Positions 61,808 through 64,000 of a stretch of DNA of 64,000 nucleotides are shown piece after piece. A program made the translations under genes and the position numbers. The DNA is from Nitrospiraceae bacterium. GTDB lineage: Bacteria > Nitrospirota > Nitrospiria > Nitrospirales > Nitrospiraceae. Location of the stretch: assembly GCA_050246315.1 (NCBI GenBank), contig JBFWWG010000007.1, positions 64,001 through 128,000 on the forward strand, read 5' to 3'. A model generated the notes under the pieces. The model saw only the letters and a program-made list of their open reading frames with translations, had not been told where the DNA came from and searched no databases. Every line of letters begins with the position of its first letter. Within the stretch, counting starts at the first letter, position 1.

Positions 61808-63067
61808 ATGCCGCACGTGCTTCGAATCACAACCGCGCGATCCGTTCAAGGCTGGACGCTCTCCCTACTCGCCCATGGACTCATCATCAGCACCGCGATA
61901 ACGCTGTTGCGCAACGCACCACAGCCGGTCCTACACGAACCCTTTACGTGGAACGTCAAGCTAGTCGGGCCACCGCCTGCACCGGCCTTTCCGGCGGCGA
62001 TTCCATCTCCTTCGCCTTCCCCACAGACAACGACGGCTCAACCGTCATCGACAACGGCACGGCCAACCGAAACAACGTCGGTCGTCCGCACCATCCAACA
62101 GACTCAACCAATTCATCAAGCGGTCAGGCAAACGTTGACTGTCCCGAAGCCGACGATGCAAGAGGTCGTGCCTGCCACACGGATGACGCCCCAGCGCATC
62201 ACCGAGACACAACCTGCACAGCCGATTCCCGAGCGGCTTCAACAAGAAGTCAGCGCAGCGAAACCTCTGGTTCAGGAGGCCGGTCCCATCCGTCAATCCT
62301 TCCAGCAGACCCAACAGACGGTCATTCAGACCTCGTCCTTCGATGGGACAAGCCGGCACGAGATCGCAGTTGAAGCACGATCGACTCCTGCTGCGACACC
62401 CGAATTCGAAGCGGCCGTCTCCAGCACCGCCGGCCTCGTCACCAGAACACCTGTCTCCACGGAAGGTCCCGAATCGACGATCCACCGAGAGCCGACCCAG
62501 TCACATTCGTCCATTGTGACACATGCATCACCCTCCGGTACTGCGGCAGTCGTCTCCCGTGAGCCAAGTCAATCAATCGCTCATCACCCTGTCGCCTCGC
62601 CATCGCCCCCTGTAAACGAGATCGCGCCACACGCCGTCGAGCTGCAGCGCGTGTCGCCATCTGCCAGAGAGACGGAGCCCAGTTCCGAGATCAACGAAGA
62701 GGACCGACTTCTCGCTGCTGCGTCCGTGCATGCACCGGCACTGGAGTTGCCGTTGCGAGGCACACCCGGGACTAAATCCAGTTACGGTTGGCTTGCGCAG
62801 GAATTGTGGGATCGTGTCGAGCGTCTCAAACGTTATCCGCGCCTGGCACGCTTGAATGGCTGGGAAGGAAAAGTCGTCATTCGAGCGGTCATCGACGAAC
62901 AGGGTCGACTGGTTCACCAAGCGATCGAAGAAAGTTCCGGGTATGAAGCGCTCGATGAACATGCATTGGAGTTGATGAAACAAGTCTGCCCCGTGGCGCT
63001 CCGGCATCCGCTGGGGCAGCCGCAGGTGGCCGTCCATGTGCCCATTCACTATCGGATCGAACAATGA
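61808..63067 (+). CDS. tonB: Energy transducer TonB, second paralog
   Basis: GWTLSLLAH TM, Pro/Thr/Gln linker, YPRLARLNGWEGKV...SSGYEALDEHA; C-domain clearly similar to the 43653 gene. Confidence 0.88.
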   Translation: MPHVLRITTARSVQGWTLSLLAHGLIISTAITLLRNAPQPVLHEPFTWNVKLVGPPPAPAFPAAIPSPSPSPQTTTAQPSSTTARPTETTSVVRTIQQTQPIHQAVRQTLTVPKPTMQEVVPATRMTPQRITETQPAQPIPERLQQEVSAAKPLVQEAGPIRQSFQQTQQTVIQTSSFDGTSRHEIAVEARSTPAATPEFEAAVSSTAGLVTRTPVSTEGPESTIHREPTQSHSSIVTHASPSGTAAVVSREPSQSIAHHPVASPSPPVNEIAPHAVELQRVSPSARETEPSSEINEEDRLLAAASVHAPALELPLRGTPGTKSSYGWLAQELWDRVERLKRYPRLARLNGWEGKVVIRAVIDEQGRLVHQAIEESSGYEALDEHALELMKQVCPVALRHPLGQPQVAVHVPIHYRIEQ

Positions 63068-63155
63068 GGCAGACGGCTGAGGTTGAGGCCGAGGCCTACC
63101 GAGAGAGTGATCGGCCTGACCTTCAACCTGGCTTTCCTCACAAAGGAGATTTCAC

Positions 63156-64000
63156 ATGAAGACGTCTATCCGTGCATATCTACTGGCGTTCTTGGCCATG
63201 CTTGCCTGGTCTGCCCCCCTGTCGGCGACTGAATCCAAGACCGGATTCCTCGTGATCGCTCAGGACCGTGGCTTCGTCGGCAATCAGGAGTTGCTCGATC
63301 TCATACAGGAGTTCAAGAAGGACTATCCCGCCGCTCTGGCCTTGATCGGGCGCGACTACACCGGCATTGAAGGCGAGTATGCCGTCTACCTGACGCGGGC
63401 CGTGCAGGAACTGAAACAAACCGGCGTGACGGACATTGTCGCGATCCCTTTGTTTCTCTCCTCCGCAGATCCGGTTCTGAAACGGACCGTGCCGACAGTG
63501 CCGGCCTACACCGCCGGCCTCCCGGTGCGTTGGGCCCCCGCGATGGCCCAGAGCTACCTAACAGGCCAGGTGATCCTGGATCGGGTTGAGACGCTGAGCC
63601 AACAGGTCCGAGCCGCGGAATCAGGTGGCCACGGGCACTCCGAGCGCCTCATTCTTCTCGGCATCGGCGCCGTCGATGCCGCAAGCGAGAAAGCTTTAAA
63701 GGCGGACCTTGATCGCCTCCTCGCTTACGTCCAACGGTACAAAGGTTTCGAAAGCGCCGAGGCGGTCGTCTACTACGATCGCGAAGCCGATGGGGCGGAA
63801 CAAAGGAACCGCGAAATCAAGGCCCACGTCCTCTCGCGCGTGGCCAGACAAGGCCGCACCCTGATCGTGCCCGCCTTCATTGGCCCCAAATTCGACCAGT
63901 CGATGGCCATGACCGCATGGTTGGGCAAACAGTTCGCCGGCCTCAATGTCGCCTACCAACCTGCCGAGTTGATGCCGCATCCCAACGTCTCGCTCTGGCT
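63156..64000 (+). CDS. Exported CbiX-fold-like protein without the HGS motif (3'-truncated; absent from the ORF track)
   Basis: AAAGGAG RBS; MKTSIRAYLLAFLAMLAWSAPLSA-TESKTGFLVIAQDRG...AVQELKQTGVTDIVAIPLFLS...RLILLGIG...TLIVPAFIG; open to window end. Confidence 0.75.
   Translation, partial: MKTSIRAYLLAFLAMLAWSAPLSATESKTGFLVIAQDRGFVGNQELLDLIQEFKKDYPAALALIGRDYTGIEGEYAVYLTRAVQELKQTGVTDIVAIPLFLSSADPVLKRTVPTVPAYTAGLPVRWAPAMAQSYLTGQVILDRVETLSQQVRAAESGGHGHSERLILLGIGAVDAASEKALKADLDRLLAYVQRYKGFESAEAVVYYDREADGAEQRNREIKAHVLSRVARQGRTLIVPAFIGPKFDQSMAMTAWLGKQFAGLNVAYQPAELMPHPNVSLW

Noticed and set aside
63074..63132. GAGGYY/RACCTY hexamer repeats after tonB2
   Set aside because: Short imperfect intergenic hairpin; no evidence of a role beyond mRNA structure

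Overview
GC-rich bacterial chromosome segment. Gene content and intergenic repeat style suggest Nitrospira/Nitrospirota (inference, not checked). 1-29 kb is mostly housekeeping: proB end, nadD, rsfS, LapA-LapB fusion, bioB, class-1A pyrD, comF, orphan mraZ-rusA, a MacAB-like ABC exporter, uppP, lspA, ileS, nadA, TPP riboswitch-thiC-thi4, ygfZ, phoD. 29.1-33.1 kb is an apparently foreign gene for a ~1014-aa protein with an N-terminal RelA/SpoT synthetase domain and a long helical tail. It is broken by one extra G in a G7 run, bracketed by two imperfect palindromes and adjoined by a cluster of nested hairpin repeats. 38.2-64 kb is a plus-strand, Fur-box-marked metal/iron acquisition island: fur, FbpABC-like ABC importer, exbB-exbD-tonB, TonB-dependent receptor, HD-GYP, di-heme peroxidase-family lipoprotein, two AraC genes, a second ABC exporter, two exported CbiX-fold proteins, a PepSY-TM protein, a mini lipoprotein with a TonB box, a second tonB, and several decayed genes. 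Best candidate for an undescribed system: a phage-Mu Com-like zinc-knuckle gene (47990-48175) with no prophage context, followed by tandem GAG-N-CC/CCAGAG motifs that overlap an intrinsic terminator in front of the distal island genes, i.e. a possible metal-responsive protein-RNA attenuator. No rRNA, tRNA, CRISPR array or intact transposase was recognised. All family calls are by eye from motifs; no database search was run.
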